64,000 nucleotides of DNA from Acidobacteriota bacterium (GTDB lineage: Bacteria > Acidobacteriota > UBA6911 > RPQK01 > JAJDTT01), in NCBI GenBank assembly GCA_965209055.1, contig OZ242374.1:5216001-5280000 (forward strand), written 5' to 3'. The translations under genes were made by a program, and so were the position numbers. The notes under the pieces were generated by a model, which was given only the letters and a program-made list of their open reading frames with translations, did not search any database and was not told where the DNA came from. Below are positions 8,213 through 18,898 of this stretch, in pieces. Numbering within the stretch: position 1 is the first letter of the stretch; each line of letters begins with the position of its first letter.

Positions 8213-8923
8213 GTGCGGTTTGGTTCCGGGTACCATGTGACGATCGGTCCCACCATGACCCCCATGGTCAAGTACCTGGTCATCGGCTGCGGGCTCGTCT
8301 TTCTCTACCAGTGGGCCGCCGGTCCGAGCCTCTTGCACATCTTCGGGCTGATTCCCATAGCGGTCCTGGCAAATCTCTACATCTGGCAACTGGGAACGTA
8401 CCTCTTTCTCCACGCCGACTTCTGGCACCTGTTCTGGAACATGTTCACGCTCTGGATGTTCGGGCGCGAGTTGGAACGGTACTGGGGCAGCCGGCAGTTC
8501 CTGCGCTTCTTCCTGATCACCGGAATCGGAGCGGGCCTGCTGTCGGTCGTGGCGGACCCGTGGGGAACGGTCCCCACCATCGGAGCCAGCGGGGCGGTCT
8601 ACGGGATCCTGATGGCCTACGGCATGATGTTTCCCAATCGCCGGATCTATCTCTACTTCCTTTTGCCGGTCAAGGTGAAGTACTTCGTGGCCGGCATAGG
8701 ACTCATCGCCTTCCTGTCGGCCCTCGGTTCGCCTGGAAGCACCATCGCCCACGTCGCCCACCTGGGCGGCATGATCTTCGCCTTTCTCTACCTGAAGCGC
8801 TGGCTCTCGCTCGGCGCCGTGCGCCAGGCGTACCATCGGTGGCGGCTGAAGCGCATACGCAGCCGATTCCGGGTGATGGACGAGGAGAGGCGGAACCGGA
8901 AAGACGATTACTGGATCCAGTGA
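8213..8923 (+). CDS. Rhomboid family intramembrane serine protease
   Basis: FLHADFWHLFWNM, catalytic IGASG, AHLGG, multiple TM helices. Confidence 0.95.
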   Translation: MRFGSGYHVTIGPTMTPMVKYLVIGCGLVFLYQWAAGPSLLHIFGLIPIAVLANLYIWQLGTYLFLHADFWHLFWNMFTLWMFGRELERYWGSRQFLRFFLITGIGAGLLSVVADPWGTVPTIGASGAVYGILMAYGMMFPNRRIYLYFLLPVKVKYFVAGIGLIAFLSALGSPGSTIAHVAHLGGMIFAFLYLKRWLSLGAVRQAYHRWRLKRIRSRFRVMDEERRNRKDDYWIQ

Positions 8924-8966
8924 CGAAGTGCGCCGCGAGTCCTGTTTTCATCCCTCCCACGCCGGA

Positions 8967-10085
8967 TTACGGCGCAGGGGACACTTCGTGGATCCCCCCG
9001 GATCGCGCCGCCAGGAAACCGCCGCCGAAGCCGTTGTGGACGGCCAGGATCTCCGCCAGGATGCTGACGGCGATCTGCTCCGGGCCCTCGGCTCCGATGT
9101 CCAGCCCCACCGGGTTGTGAATCCGATCCAAGGCATCCCGACGGGGGCGAAAACCCTCGTCGGCCAGCTCGTCCATGAGCTTCTGGAACCGCGGTCGAGG
9201 TCCCAACACACCCACGTAGAGAGCCCCGCTCTCCAAGGCGTAGCGGATCCCGGCGCCGTCCCGGTCCAACTGGTGGTTCATGATCAGGGCGTAGCTGCCG
9301 GCGGACATCGCCACCTTCTCCGGGAATTCCGTGGGATGGGAGATGGTGGTCCGCGCGCCCGGGAAGCGCTCCGGCCGGTTCAATGAGGGCCGGGGATCGA
9401 CGACGTTCACGGAAAAACCCAGACTCAGCGCCAACCGGACCACCGGTACCGCGTCCATGCCGGCCCCGAAGACGACCAGCTCCAAGGGGGGGCGATTGAC
9501 GTCCAGAAAGACATGGAAATCCCCGGAGGTGTAGATCCGGGACTGCGGAAGAGGCCGGCCCAGCATCTCGAGGGCCGCCGGAATCACTTCCTGGCCCAAC
9601 GCATCCCGGGCCAGGGGACCGGCCGCCGACTCGGCGGGAGCCACAAAAAGCCAACGCCCCAGGGCCTCGGATTCCGGTTCGGGCGCGCAAATGACGGCCC
9701 GTACGGCCCTTTCACCGTTCCTCAGGGCGCTCAGCCAACGTTTCCAGACCGGATCCCGTCCGATGGGTTCCAACAGGACCCGGACCACTCCCCCGCAACC
9801 CAAACGCAATCCCCAGATGGCGTCCTCGGTGAGGTCGAACACCTCCGTCGCGGCTTGTCCCGTTTTGAAGACCCGGCTGGCCGCCCGGGCGACTTCCGGT
9901 TCGAGGCACCCTCCCGAGATCATGCCCCGGAAGTCGCCGTCGGAGCCGATGACGAGCTTGGCCCCCTGCCGGCGGTACGCCGAACCGGTGATCTCGATGA
10001 CGGTCGCCAGGACGGCGCCGCGGCCGCTTTCCAGGATTTCGTCGATGGCTCCGGCCAGTTCGGCAGACTCTCTCACGATGGGCAC
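8967..10085 (-). CDS. xdhC: XdhC/CoxI family molybdenum-cofactor insertion protein
   Basis: GSAYRRQGAK, ISGGCLE, LGCGG, VFGAGMDA, PVGLDIGAEGPEQIAVSILAEI. Confidence 0.93.
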   Translation of the reverse strand: MPIVRESAELAGAIDEILESGRGAVLATVIEITGSAYRRQGAKLVIGSDGDFRGMISGGCLEPEVARAASRVFKTGQAATEVFDLTEDAIWGLRLGCGGVVRVLLEPIGRDPVWKRWLSALRNGERAVRAVICAPEPESEALGRWLFVAPAESAAGPLARDALGQEVIPAALEMLGRPLPQSRIYTSGDFHVFLDVNRPPLELVVFGAGMDAVPVVRLALSLGFSVNVVDPRPSLNRPERFPGARTTISHPTEFPEKVAMSAGSYALIMNHQLDRDGAGIRYALESGALYVGVLGPRPRFQKLMDELADEGFRPRRDALDRIHNPVGLDIGAEGPEQIAVSILAEILAVHNGFGGGFLAARSGGIHEVSPAP

Positions 10086-10105
10086 AGTCTACCGGAGAGA
10101 CGTTC

Positions 10106-10133
10106 GTAGGGGCACCCCTGGTGTGGGTGCCTC
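10106..10133 (+). repeat. GTAG-type REP hairpin (second repeat family)
   Basis: gtaggggcacccctggtgtgggtgcctc; near-identical copy at 58465. Confidence 0.7.
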
Positions 10134-10150
10134 TTCGTCCCTCTTCATGG

Positions 10151-10258
10151 GGAGCGGCGGTTTCCTAACCGTCGAACTGGAGCGGCGATTTCCAATCGCC
10201 GAACTCCTGACTAACAAACTTGGCGACGAAGACTGGGCGATTGGAAATCGCCCCTCCT
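10151..10258 (+). repeat. REP-like element with a duplicated first hairpin
   Basis: ggagcggcggtttcctaacc..., ggagcggcgatttccaatcgcc..., gggcgattggaaatcgcccctcct; abuts the metK stop codon. Confidence 0.9.
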
Positions 10259-11409
10259 TAGAGCCCGGCGGCTTGTCGCAGGGCGTCGGCCCGGTCGGTC
10301 CGTTCCCATGCAAAGCCCTCTTCCTCCCGGCCGAAGTGCCCGAAGGCGGCCGTCCGCCGGAAGATGGGACGCCTGAGCTGCAGGGTCTCGATGATGTCCC
10401 TGGGGGTCAGACGGAAGTGCTCCTGAACCAGATTTCCGATGGTCTCCTCGGCCACGGCTTCTGTCCCTTCCGCGTCCACGGTGACGGAGACCGGTTCGGC
10501 CACGCCGATGGCATAGGCCAGTTGGACCTTCAAGCGTTGGGCAAGTCCCGCGGCGACACAATTCTTGGCGATGTAACGGGCCATGTAGGAGGCGGAACGG
10601 TCGACCTTGGACGGGTCCTTCCCCGAGAAAGCGCCCCCTCCGTGCCCTCCCATGCCACCGTAGGTGTCGACGATGATCTTCCGGCCCGTCACCCCGCAGT
10701 CACCCTGAGGGCCGCCCGTCACGAACCGTCCCGTCGGATTGATGTGGATGGTCGTGCCGCCGTCCATGAGTCCGGCAGGAACAACTGCGCGAATGACCTG
10801 TTCCCGTATGCCGTCGCACAGATCCCCGTAGGAGACGTCGGGGCTGTGCTGCGTCGAGACCACGACGGTGTCGACACGGACCGGTTCCGTCCCGTCGTAT
10901 TCCACCGTCACCTGCGACTTTCCGTCGGGACGCAGCCAGTCGAGCGTTCCCTGACGCCGGGACTCGGACAGACGGCGGGTGAGGGCGTGGGCCAGCATGA
11001 TGGGCAGCGGCATCAACTGAGGGGTCTCGGTGCAGGCGTAGCCGAACATCAGACCCTGGTCGCCGGCTCCCCCGGTGTCCACTCCCAGGGCGATATCGGG
11101 CGACTGCCGGTCCACGGAGCAGATCACACCGCAGGTCTCGCAGTCGAACCCGTACTTGGCGCGCGTATATCCCACGTCCCGGATGACTTCCCGAGCGATC
11201 TTGGGATAGTCCAGAGTGCACGTGGTCGTGATCTCCCCGGCGATGACCACCAGGCCGGTCGTCACCAGGGTCTCGCAGGCCACGCGTCCCTGAGGGTCTT
11301 CCGTCAGGACCGCGTCGAGAACGCCATCGGAAATCTGGTCCGCGATCTTGTCCGGATGCCCTTCGGTGACCGATTCCGAGCTAAACAGGTGTCGACTCTT
11401 TGGCGCCAT
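10258..11409 (-). CDS. metK: S-adenosylmethionine synthetase
   Basis: [37 protein letters not shown]. Confidence 0.99.
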   Translation of the reverse strand: MAPKSRHLFSSESVTEGHPDKIADQISDGVLDAVLTEDPQGRVACETLVTTGLVVIAGEITTTCTLDYPKIAREVIRDVGYTRAKYGFDCETCGVICSVDRQSPDIALGVDTGGAGDQGLMFGYACTETPQLMPLPIMLAHALTRRLSESRRQGTLDWLRPDGKSQVTVEYDGTEPVRVDTVVVSTQHSPDVSYGDLCDGIREQVIRAVVPAGLMDGGTTIHINPTGRFVTGGPQGDCGVTGRKIIVDTYGGMGGHGGGAFSGKDPSKVDRSASYMARYIAKNCVAAGLAQRLKVQLAYAIGVAEPVSVTVDAEGTEAVAEETIGNLVQEHFRLTPRDIIETLQLRRPIFRRTAAFGHFGREEEGFAWERTDRADALRQAAGL

Positions 11410-11551
11410 GCACTCGTCCTTTGTTTTGGGAATTTCTCAGGTGACCGCCGGAGATGGCAATAACTAGCACAGGGGCCCGCAGAGTGTCAACGCGGACGGA
11501 GCGCCGGGTCAGCCCGCCAGACTCGCGGGAAGGAAGGATACAAATCGCTCT

Positions 11552-13054
11552 CTAGGCGATGATTGTGTCGAGAACCTTTCCACCGATATCGGTGAGCCTT
11601 CTGAAGCGGCCGTCGTGGAGGTAGGTCAGCCGTTCGTCATGAAGACCGAGGAGATTCAAGATGGTCGCGTGGACGTCGCGCATGTGAATGGGCTGGCCGA
11701 TTTGGCCGATGCCGAAATCATCCGTCTCGCCGACTCGTGAACCGCCCTTGACGTCTCCGCCGGCCAGCCACATGCACAGTCCATACTGATTATGGTCCCG
11801 GCCGGGCTTGTCGCCGTACAGATCGTTGATGAATGAAGTGCGCCCCATTTCAGACGCCCAGACGACAAGCGTCTCTTCCTGCAGTCCCTCCCTCTTCAGG
11901 TCCTTGAGCAGCGCAGCGACGGGTTGATCCACCTCGATGCAGTGCCGTGGAAGCCGGCCCTTGATATTGCCGTGGTCGTCCCAACTGCTCTTGCCGTTCT
12001 CGACTCCGTGAACCACGAGACTGTAGCGGACTCCCTTTTGCACCAGGCGCTTGGCCAGCAGGCATTGACGTCCGAATGCCTCCGTAAGCGGATTGTCAAG
12101 GCCGTACATCTTCTTGGTGACTTCCGATTCCTTGGACAGATCCACAACTTCCGGGGCTTCGGCCTGCATGCGGAAAGCCAGTTCATAGGCGTTGATGCGG
12201 GCCTCCAGCTCCGCGGCGGCCGGCCGACCGGCCTGATGCCGGCGGTTGAGCCACGTCAACAGGTCGAACTCTTCACGCTGCTGTTTTCGACTGATCCTTA
12301 CCGGCGGTTTCAGGTCGAGAATGGGTGTGCCGACGGAGCGAAAGAGGGTCCCTTGATATGAAGCGGGCAAGTATCCGCTTCCGCGCACGGCCGCGCCGTT
12401 GATGGGAGCTCCCCTCGGGTCCTGAATGACGACGTAGCCGGGAAGATTCCGGTTGGAGCTCCCCAACCCGTAGGTGATCCAGGCACCGACTGAAGGGTCG
12501 CCCGGAAACTGCGAGCCGGTGTTCACGTGGAGCGTGGCCGGTCCGTGATTGTTGTTATCCACCTCGATGCCGAAAATGAATGCCAGGTCGTCGACACATT
12601 CGCTGAGGTGCGGAAACAGGGTGGAAATATGGTGTCCCGACTTACCGGCCCTCTTGAATTCCCAGGGGCTGGGAATGACCTGGTGGGGCGTATTCAGAAA
12701 TCCGTCGATTTCACCGCTGAAGCCGGTCATTTTGGGAACCCGCCGTCCCGCGTATTCCTTCAGTGCCGGCTTGTAGTCGAAGGTGTCCATCTGGCTCACG
12801 CCTCCGGACATGAAAAGGAAAATGCAGTGCTTTGCCTTGCGGGGAAAGTGCGGCGCACGGGCGGCGAGCGGACTTTGCAGCGTCGGTGACGCACCCAACC
12901 GCTCGGCGAGAATCCCGGCCAGGGCGAGGGCTCCGATCCCGTTATAGGAACGGGACAGGAATTCCCGGCGAGAGTGGGCATTGGGACCGAAACCGGAACA
13001 CTGTCCACCCCATTGATTCGCGGAAAACTGCGGAACTTCTGCTCTTTTCTTCAC
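11552..13054 (-). CDS. DUF1501 domain protein (Tat-exported, sulfatase/alkaline-phosphatase-like fold)
   Basis: SRREFL Tat motif, IFLFMSGGVSQMDTFDYKP, WDDH, SEMGRT, GRDH. Confidence 0.92.
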   Translation of the reverse strand: MKKRAEVPQFSANQWGGQCSGFGPNAHSRREFLSRSYNGIGALALAGILAERLGASPTLQSPLAARAPHFPRKAKHCIFLFMSGGVSQMDTFDYKPALKEYAGRRVPKMTGFSGEIDGFLNTPHQVIPSPWEFKRAGKSGHHISTLFPHLSECVDDLAFIFGIEVDNNNHGPATLHVNTGSQFPGDPSVGAWITYGLGSSNRNLPGYVVIQDPRGAPINGAAVRGSGYLPASYQGTLFRSVGTPILDLKPPVRISRKQQREEFDLLTWLNRRHQAGRPAAAELEARINAYELAFRMQAEAPEVVDLSKESEVTKKMYGLDNPLTEAFGRQCLLAKRLVQKGVRYSLVVHGVENGKSSWDDHGNIKGRLPRHCIEVDQPVAALLKDLKREGLQEETLVVWASEMGRTSFINDLYGDKPGRDHNQYGLCMWLAGGDVKGGSRVGETDDFGIGQIGQPIHMRDVHATILNLLGLHDERLTYLHDGRFRRLTDIGGKVLDTIIA

Positions 13055-13063
13055 GACGTACTC

Positions 13064-15616
13064 CTAGTCGACATAGAGTAACTCGTTACTGTTCAAGAGA
13101 ACCCGGCACAGGGCCACCAAGGCCTCCCGGCCGGATTCCCGGGTGCTGACGAACGTTTGAGCCTCGTTGAGTTCATCCGGGTCCGGATTGCGTCCGAACG
13201 CCAGTTGAAACGCTCTCCGGACATGTCCGCCGTTTTCAGCGCTGCTCTCTCTGGCAATTCGTTCGGCGATGGCTTCGGCTTCCGTATTCACGAAACCACT
13301 ATCGTACATGGTCAGAGCCTGCAACGGGGTGACCGACGTTTCCCGGCGTTCGCACGGAAGCGTCAGGGGAGGCGAGTCGAAAACTTCCAGGAAAGGCAGC
13401 GGCTGTGAGCGTCGCTGGTAAACGTAAACGCTCCGTTTCCATGCATCAGCCCCGTGGGATGTGTCCCAGCGGGCCGCCCCGCGGGTTTCGGCCGAAAGCT
13501 GCTGGGCCAACCCGTCCGGCAGCGGCGGAAAGACGGGCGGGCCGCCTCTTTCTCCATTCAGGTGTCCGCTCACCTCCAATATCGTGTCTCGAAGGACTTC
13601 GGCTTCCAGGCGGCGTCGGTCAAAACGCCATAGCAACCTGTTTTCGGGATCGATTTCTTCAGCCATCAGGTTACCCCGCAAGGATGACTGACGGAAGGTG
13701 CTCGAAGTCAGGATCAACCTTTGGATGGCCTTGATGCTCCATTTTTCCTCGACGAAACGAAGGGCCAGCCAATCCAGCAACTCGGGATGAGTCGGAAGCT
13801 TGCCGTTCATCCCAAAGTTGCTTGCCGTTTCCACTATGCCGCGGCCGAAGTTGAACTGCCAGAGACGGTTGACCATGACGCGCGCCGTCAGCGGATTCTC
13901 CGAACTGGCGATCCAGCTCGCCAGAGCCATGCGGCGGCCCCGGCTCGGATGTTTCTTGTAACGGTCGATTTCAATGGTTGCGGGTTCGGAGTGACCCGTG
14001 ACGGCACTGGGAAATCCCGGCTCGACCGGTTCTCCCGGTTGGTCATGCTGTCCCCGGTTGAGGACGTAGATGGTGGGAACGCTGGGTGCGTACGGGGGGC
14101 CGTCGAAGTTGGTCAGGGACATGGCCATCGGCTCAAGCCGCTCGACAGCCCTTTCGAGAGCCAGGATATCGGAGGTGTACCGATTGAACTGTTCCTTCTC
14201 TGCCGGCGAGAACAACTCCTCCCGCTTCTCGAACCCAACCGTATTGTCCGCTTCGTTGTTGATGGCTTTCTTCAGGTCGCGGAGCGTCACCACGGGCTCC
14301 CGGCCCGGCTGGTCTTCCAGTTTCGAAGATTCACGGAGCTTGACGGCTTTCAGCCGTTCCATGAGGGGCTGATTGAAGCTTTCCGATTGCGCCTTCAAAT
14401 CCTTCAGCCGGTTTTCGTGCTGAGCCCGGCGCGCGTCGAATCGCGCCTTGTCTCCGGGGCGGTAAAACTCGGCGGGAAGCGGTCCGCCGACCTCGATCTT
14501 GGCCCTCGGAATCCTGACCGCCGCGAAGAAGGCCTTCATCCGGTAGAAGTCCCGGGCCGGGATCGGGTCGTACTTGTGGTCGTGACATTTGGCGCAACCC
14601 ATGGTCAGACCCAGGAAGACGGTGCTGACGGTGGTCGCCATTTCGCTCAGCAACAGGTCGCGGGATTCCTCTCCGCGCGGCTCCGTAAAAGGGGCCAGTC
14701 GAAGAAAGGTCAGTGCGACCGCCTGCTCCGGTTCTGCCGGCGGCGGATAACCCGCCGCGGAAGTGACTTTGAAGAACTCGTCGCCCGCGATCTGTTCCTT
14801 GACGAACCGGTCGTAAGGTTTGTCATGGTTGAAAGCGTCGATAACGTAGTCCCGGTAACGCCAGGCATGCGGAAAATCCCGATCCCCTTCGTAGCCGTTG
14901 GTGTCCGCATAGCGAGCCAGGTCCAGCCAGTGACGGGCCCAGCGTTCGCCGTAGCGCGGATCGGCCAGCAGACGGTCGACCAGATCCTCGTAGGCGGTGG
15001 GAGAGGGATCAGCGACAAACTTTTCGACCTCTTCGTACGGCGGCGGCAGTCCGATCAGGTTGAAATAGAGCCGGCGAATGAGAACACTGCGTTGAGCCTC
15101 GGGTGAGGGAGACAACTCCTTGTTCTCGAGCCTGCTGAGAATGAAGTGGTCGATCTCGTTCCTCGCCCAGTCTCTCGCCTGGACGGCCGGGATCGTGGGT
15201 CGGACGGGCTTCTTGAAGGCCCAGAAATCGCGCCCGGGACCGGCTTCACTGTCCGGCTTCAATTCCCGGATCCAGGCTTCAATCGCGGCAATATCGCTCT
15301 CGGGCAGCGACACCGACGAGTCGAAGGGCATCCGCGGTGTCAGTCGGCCCCGCAGGAGGTGGACGAGCGGGCTATCCTCGGGCCGGCCCGGTTCGACGGC
15401 GGCTCCATGCCGGGCGCCTCCCTGCAGAATCGACTCCAGGCTCTCGATGGAGAAGCCACTCATTCTGGTCGATTCGTCATGGCAGGAAAGACACTTGGAC
15501 GCCAGGATGTCCCGAACTGCTTCGGGCGGTTCGTCACCGGGAGGTGACGCGCCCAAGAGGACGCCAAGCCCCATCAGAAAGGCCAGGTTTGCTGCGAGCA
15601 CCCTGAAAAGGCTCAA
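13064..15616 (-). CDS. Planctomycete cytochrome c / DUF1549 (PSCyt2) + DUF1553 (PSD1) protein
   Basis: CLSCH and CAKCH haem motifs; YGERWARHWLDLARYADT; NPLTARVMVNRLW; HPELLDWLA. Confidence 0.93.
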   Translation of the reverse strand: MSLFRVLAANLAFLMGLGVLLGASPPGDEPPEAVRDILASKCLSCHDESTRMSGFSIESLESILQGGARHGAAVEPGRPEDSPLVHLLRGRLTPRMPFDSSVSLPESDIAAIEAWIRELKPDSEAGPGRDFWAFKKPVRPTIPAVQARDWARNEIDHFILSRLENKELSPSPEAQRSVLIRRLYFNLIGLPPPYEEVEKFVADPSPTAYEDLVDRLLADPRYGERWARHWLDLARYADTNGYEGDRDFPHAWRYRDYVIDAFNHDKPYDRFVKEQIAGDEFFKVTSAAGYPPPAEPEQAVALTFLRLAPFTEPRGEESRDLLLSEMATTVSTVFLGLTMGCAKCHDHKYDPIPARDFYRMKAFFAAVRIPRAKIEVGGPLPAEFYRPGDKARFDARRAQHENRLKDLKAQSESFNQPLMERLKAVKLRESSKLEDQPGREPVVTLRDLKKAINNEADNTVGFEKREELFSPAEKEQFNRYTSDILALERAVERLEPMAMSLTNFDGPPYAPSVPTIYVLNRGQHDQPGEPVEPGFPSAVTGHSEPATIEIDRYKKHPSRGRRMALASWIASSENPLTARVMVNRLWQFNFGRGIVETASNFGMNGKLPTHPELLDWLALRFVEEKWSIKAIQRLILTSSTFRQSSLRGNLMAEEIDPENRLLWRFDRRRLEAEVLRDTILEVSGHLNGERGGPPVFPPLPDGLAQQLSAETRGAARWDTSHGADAWKRSVYVYQRRSQPLPFLEVFDSPPLTLPCERRETSVTPLQALTMYDSGFVNTEAEAIAERIARESSAENGGHVRRAFQLAFGRNPDPDELNEAQTFVSTRESGREALVALCRVLLNSNELLYVD

Positions 15617-15881
15617 CTCAATCCACTCTCTGGAGTATTGGCCGCCACGGTACGGTAATTTCGCCTAAAGTACAGTCGATACAGAGGTTATGTCAAGCCG
15701 CACGGGCATCATGGAAGTGGGCTCTGGCTCGCGGCCCACCCCCCGGCCGCTCACTTGACTCCCTGCTGCGTGATCGTACCCCACTACCGGGACTATAATT
15801 TGCCGCAGACCCATCATCCACAAGGCTGCATTCCGGACTGGAAACGGTCTTACGGAGTTCCATTCATGAGGAGCCAAGACA

Positions 15882-17378
15882 ATGCTGAGACGCAAATTCA
15901 TCGAACTCGGGGTCGGGTCGGGACTGGCGGGCGCTGCCGCAACCGGGCGAGTCTCCCTGGGGAGTCCCAAAACCGCGAGAGGCCGGAAAGTCGAATCTCC
16001 GCCGATTCTGAGTTCCTACACCTCTGAGGATCATCGGCGGCGACTGCAGAACATCGCACGCTGCGAGGCGGCAATCCCGAAATACGCTCGAAGGCACCTC
16101 ATCACCGACTACATTCCGGGTCAGGCGGTCTACAACCTGGGCGAATACCCCTGCCGAAAACCGTGGGATCCGGACGAGTATGACGAACGTCAATTGGACG
16201 AGCTGTGGAACAACGGGATTCGGCTCGTCCAGGTCATGGAGGATTGGAACGATCTGCTCAGGCTCTTCGGCGGCGACAAATACACCTCCGTCAATCCGGC
16301 CGGTCTCAGGCGATTCATCGACATGGTTCACCAGAGGGGCATGAAAATCCTCCTCTACACTTCGACGGGCCACTTCCAGATCACAGACCCTGAATACAAT
16401 CCTGAGTGGGCTCGGCCCGGATTCTCGACCAAGGCGGCTCACTGGCAGTTGATGCATTGCTCCGCGGCCAGCGCCGGCTGGCGGGCCTACGTTCTCCCCC
16501 GGACTCTGGGGCTCATGGACGAGTATGAGATCGACGGCCTTTACAACGACGCCGGTTCCAGGCGACTGCACCGGGATCCGGAACTCGCCACCAGCGATGA
16601 GGTGCTGGCCTTCGAGGAAAGCCCGGAAGTTGACGGAGCCTTGGGCGACATGCTCTCCCTGATCTACTCCGAGGTCAAACGGCGAGGCGGCATCTACAAG
16701 ATTCATCTGCATGATTCCCAGCACCCGAGCACGTCGGAACAACTCTGGGACTATCTGTGGGTGGGAGAGGGCCTATCGAATGCGGACCGGCTGCGGGAGG
16801 AAACCAAGAGGCATGATCCTTACCTGGTCCCTATTTTCGACTGGCGCGATGGAAAACTGGAAAGCGACGAGGAGATGTTCCTGCACACCGTTCCTTTTAT
16901 GCAGTTTCCGGGGCTTCTGGCGGGCCGGCCCTTCACGGGCGAGAGGTCTGTCATTCCGGGCGTCGACTACCAGCCGCACCGCCTGCTTGACAATTGGCGG
17001 GAGAGATGGCGCTTCCACCAGGCAAACCCCGACGGGCCTTACAGTTACGGTCCCTGGGACGCCTTTCCCGGCAGACCCAGCATCCGAACTTCCCACGCGC
17101 AGTGGCTCAAGTGGTATTACCCTCTGGTCGAACCGGGCACATACGCCTACCTGGAGATCGAGAACAGCCCATTGCTGGCCAAGCGGCCGGCCAGTGACTT
17201 TGTGGCGTCCGTGTTCGTGAATCTCGACACCCACCTGGTGCTGGCGAACTACGCAAGAACGTCGGCGCAAGTTGAAACGGCCGATTCCTATCTGTCCGTT
17301 GCCGACGATTCGGCCCCGCCCGGGAAGAGGTTCGTGCTGCCGCCGCGCTCCCTGATCATACTTCGACAAGCGGCGTGA
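15882..17378 (+). CDS. Tat-exported putative glycoside hydrolase (TIM-barrel-like)
   Basis: LRRKFI Tat signal; LRRFIDMVHQRGMKILLY and IDGLYND resemble GH catalytic barrels. Confidence 0.65.
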   Translation: MLRRKFIELGVGSGLAGAAATGRVSLGSPKTARGRKVESPPILSSYTSEDHRRRLQNIARCEAAIPKYARRHLITDYIPGQAVYNLGEYPCRKPWDPDEYDERQLDELWNNGIRLVQVMEDWNDLLRLFGGDKYTSVNPAGLRRFIDMVHQRGMKILLYTSTGHFQITDPEYNPEWARPGFSTKAAHWQLMHCSAASAGWRAYVLPRTLGLMDEYEIDGLYNDAGSRRLHRDPELATSDEVLAFEESPEVDGALGDMLSLIYSEVKRRGGIYKIHLHDSQHPSTSEQLWDYLWVGEGLSNADRLREETKRHDPYLVPIFDWRDGKLESDEEMFLHTVPFMQFPGLLAGRPFTGERSVIPGVDYQPHRLLDNWRERWRFHQANPDGPYSYGPWDAFPGRPSIRTSHAQWLKWYYPLVEPGTYAYLEIENSPLLAKRPASDFVASVFVNLDTHLVLANYARTSAQVETADSYLSVADDSAPPGKRFVLPPRSLIILRQAA

Positions 17379-17412
17379 CTAATCCCGCTTCGGGGCCGGG
17401 CATTGCCCCGCC

Positions 17413-18270
17413 CTATGTTTGAAGAAGTTTCTCGACCTCCCTTTTCATCTTCGGGGTCTCGACCATGACGTCTACGCCGCAGGCCGTGGTGTCGTCGCAA
17501 TCGACGTATTCGACCGCGACGACTCCGTTGTAGGCGGAAGACTTCAGCAATTCGAATATCCTCCCGAAGTCGATGGTCCCCTCTTCGACCGTTTCTACCC
17601 GTTTGCCCGGAGCCGCCTGGCGGATGTGAAAATGCCTGGCGTAGGCATGCAACGGTTCGACTTCGGCTTGGGAATGCCCGGGGTCGACAAAGTGGGAATA
17701 GTCCAGAGTGAGCCCGAGCCCGGGCACCTCCCGGCAGATCCGGAGAGCGTCCTGGGGATCTTCAGCCACCGACGGTTCGCATGCTTCGATATTGAGATCC
17801 AGCCCGCCGTCATTGGCGATTCCCACCAATGCCCTCAACTCCTTCGCGGACAACCGGAAGGACTCCTGCCGGCCCAGTTCAGCGTGGACCACCCCCGGAA
17901 TCAACATGATGCTTGTACACCCGACTTTGCTGGCAAACCGGACCAGGCCCGGGAAAAGACGCCGCGTCCTGGCCCGGATCTCGGGATCCGGATGATTGAC
18001 CGGATCTCCAAAGTCCAGGACGAAGCATTCGTTCAGTTTAAATCCCCACGGTTCCAATGCGCGCAATACCTGATCGGCAGAGCCATCCGGGTCGCCGGCA
18101 GCCACGATGGGATCGACTTGGGCATTCTCGTTGCTGCAGACGCCCAAATCGATGGTCTGGAATCCAAAAGTGGCAAGTATGGAAGCGGCTTCTTCCAGAC
18201 TGCGGGGCCCAAAAGCAAATGTGCAGCCGCCAATTCTCATATCGGCGCTTTCGCTATAGAACCCATGCAA
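17413..18270 (-). CDS. Sugar phosphate isomerase/epimerase (xylose isomerase-like TIM barrel)
   Basis: LNIE, LDYSH, HFHIR, GTIDF, YNGVVAVEY metal-ligand pattern. Confidence 0.88.
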   Translation of the reverse strand: MHGFYSESADMRIGGCTFAFGPRSLEEAASILATFGFQTIDLGVCSNENAQVDPIVAAGDPDGSADQVLRALEPWGFKLNECFVLDFGDPVNHPDPEIRARTRRLFPGLVRFASKVGCTSIMLIPGVVHAELGRQESFRLSAKELRALVGIANDGGLDLNIEACEPSVAEDPQDALRICREVPGLGLTLDYSHFVDPGHSQAEVEPLHAYARHFHIRQAAPGKRVETVEEGTIDFGRIFELLKSSAYNGVVAVEYVDCDDTTACGVDVMVETPKMKREVEKLLQT

Positions 18271-18277
18271 TCGACCA

Positions 18278-18595
18278 TCACTCGACGTGAAACACCTCGG
18301 TCAGAATGGGAAACATCTCGCCTTCGCGGCAGGCCGGGTGTTTTTCCATGATGGGCTCCATTTTTTCAGCCCATTTTTCATAAAGTGGGTGGGTGACCAA
18401 GGCTTCCAGCGATCGCTCGAAATCCTCAACCTCCACATAGACGAAGAGGTCGAGCCCTCTCTTGAAGATCGAATAGTTGTGAAAACCCACGTCCTGCAGG
18501 TGTTGGATCAGGTCCGGCCAGACATTCCGGTGGGCCTCCACGTACTCTTCCTCCATCCCCTCTCGAATCCTCAACAGGTAGGCGACTCTCATCAT
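18278..18595 (-). CDS. rhaM: L-rhamnose mutarotase
   Basis: EEYVEAHRNVWPDL...GFHNYSIF...EVFHVE, 105 aa. Confidence 0.88.
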   Translation of the reverse strand: MMRVAYLLRIREGMEEEYVEAHRNVWPDLIQHLQDVGFHNYSIFKRGLDLFVYVEVEDFERSLEALVTHPLYEKWAEKMEPIMEKHPACREGEMFPILTEVFHVE

Positions 18596-18743
18596 CCCTT
18601 AACCTCGTACCCCGCGCCGCCCGTCACCCCAGATCATTCGACGGTGTTGAAGAATAGCAGGCTGCTTGCTATGAAGACAGAAGCAGTGAAGAGAACGCAC
18701 TTGGTGACTTTTTTCGTAGGTTAGAGCAATCCGATAACTATCG

Positions 18744-18877
18744 CAGAAGCTTCCCCACCGGCCCGGGCCGGCGGACGCCCGGCAGAAAAAAGGAAAGGAG
18801 CGGCGGTTTCCTAACCGCCGAACTCCAGTGTGACAAACTTGGCGACGAAGACCGGGCGATTGGAAATCGCCCCTCCT
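18744..18877 (+). repeat. Full-length ~134-bp REP-like/MITE element
   Basis: cagaagcttccccaccggcc...ggaaaggagcggcggtttcctaaccgcc...gggcgattggaaatcgcccctcct; homologous to 36022-36153 and 58574-58703. Confidence 0.92.
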
Positions 18878-18898
18878 TTTTCTTCGAAGCGATAGGAG

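Noticed and set aside
9691-11463. 590-aa plus-strand ORF
   Set aside because: Antisense shadow of metK/xdhC in high-GC DNA; the same applies to other long antisense ORFs (3852-5033, 13721-15106, 18599-20104, 31237-32622, 36620-37858, 50144-51436)
11410-11550. SAM riboswitch upstream of metK
   Set aside because: No recognisable SAM-I/II core; only a TTGACA (11485-11490) with a weak -10
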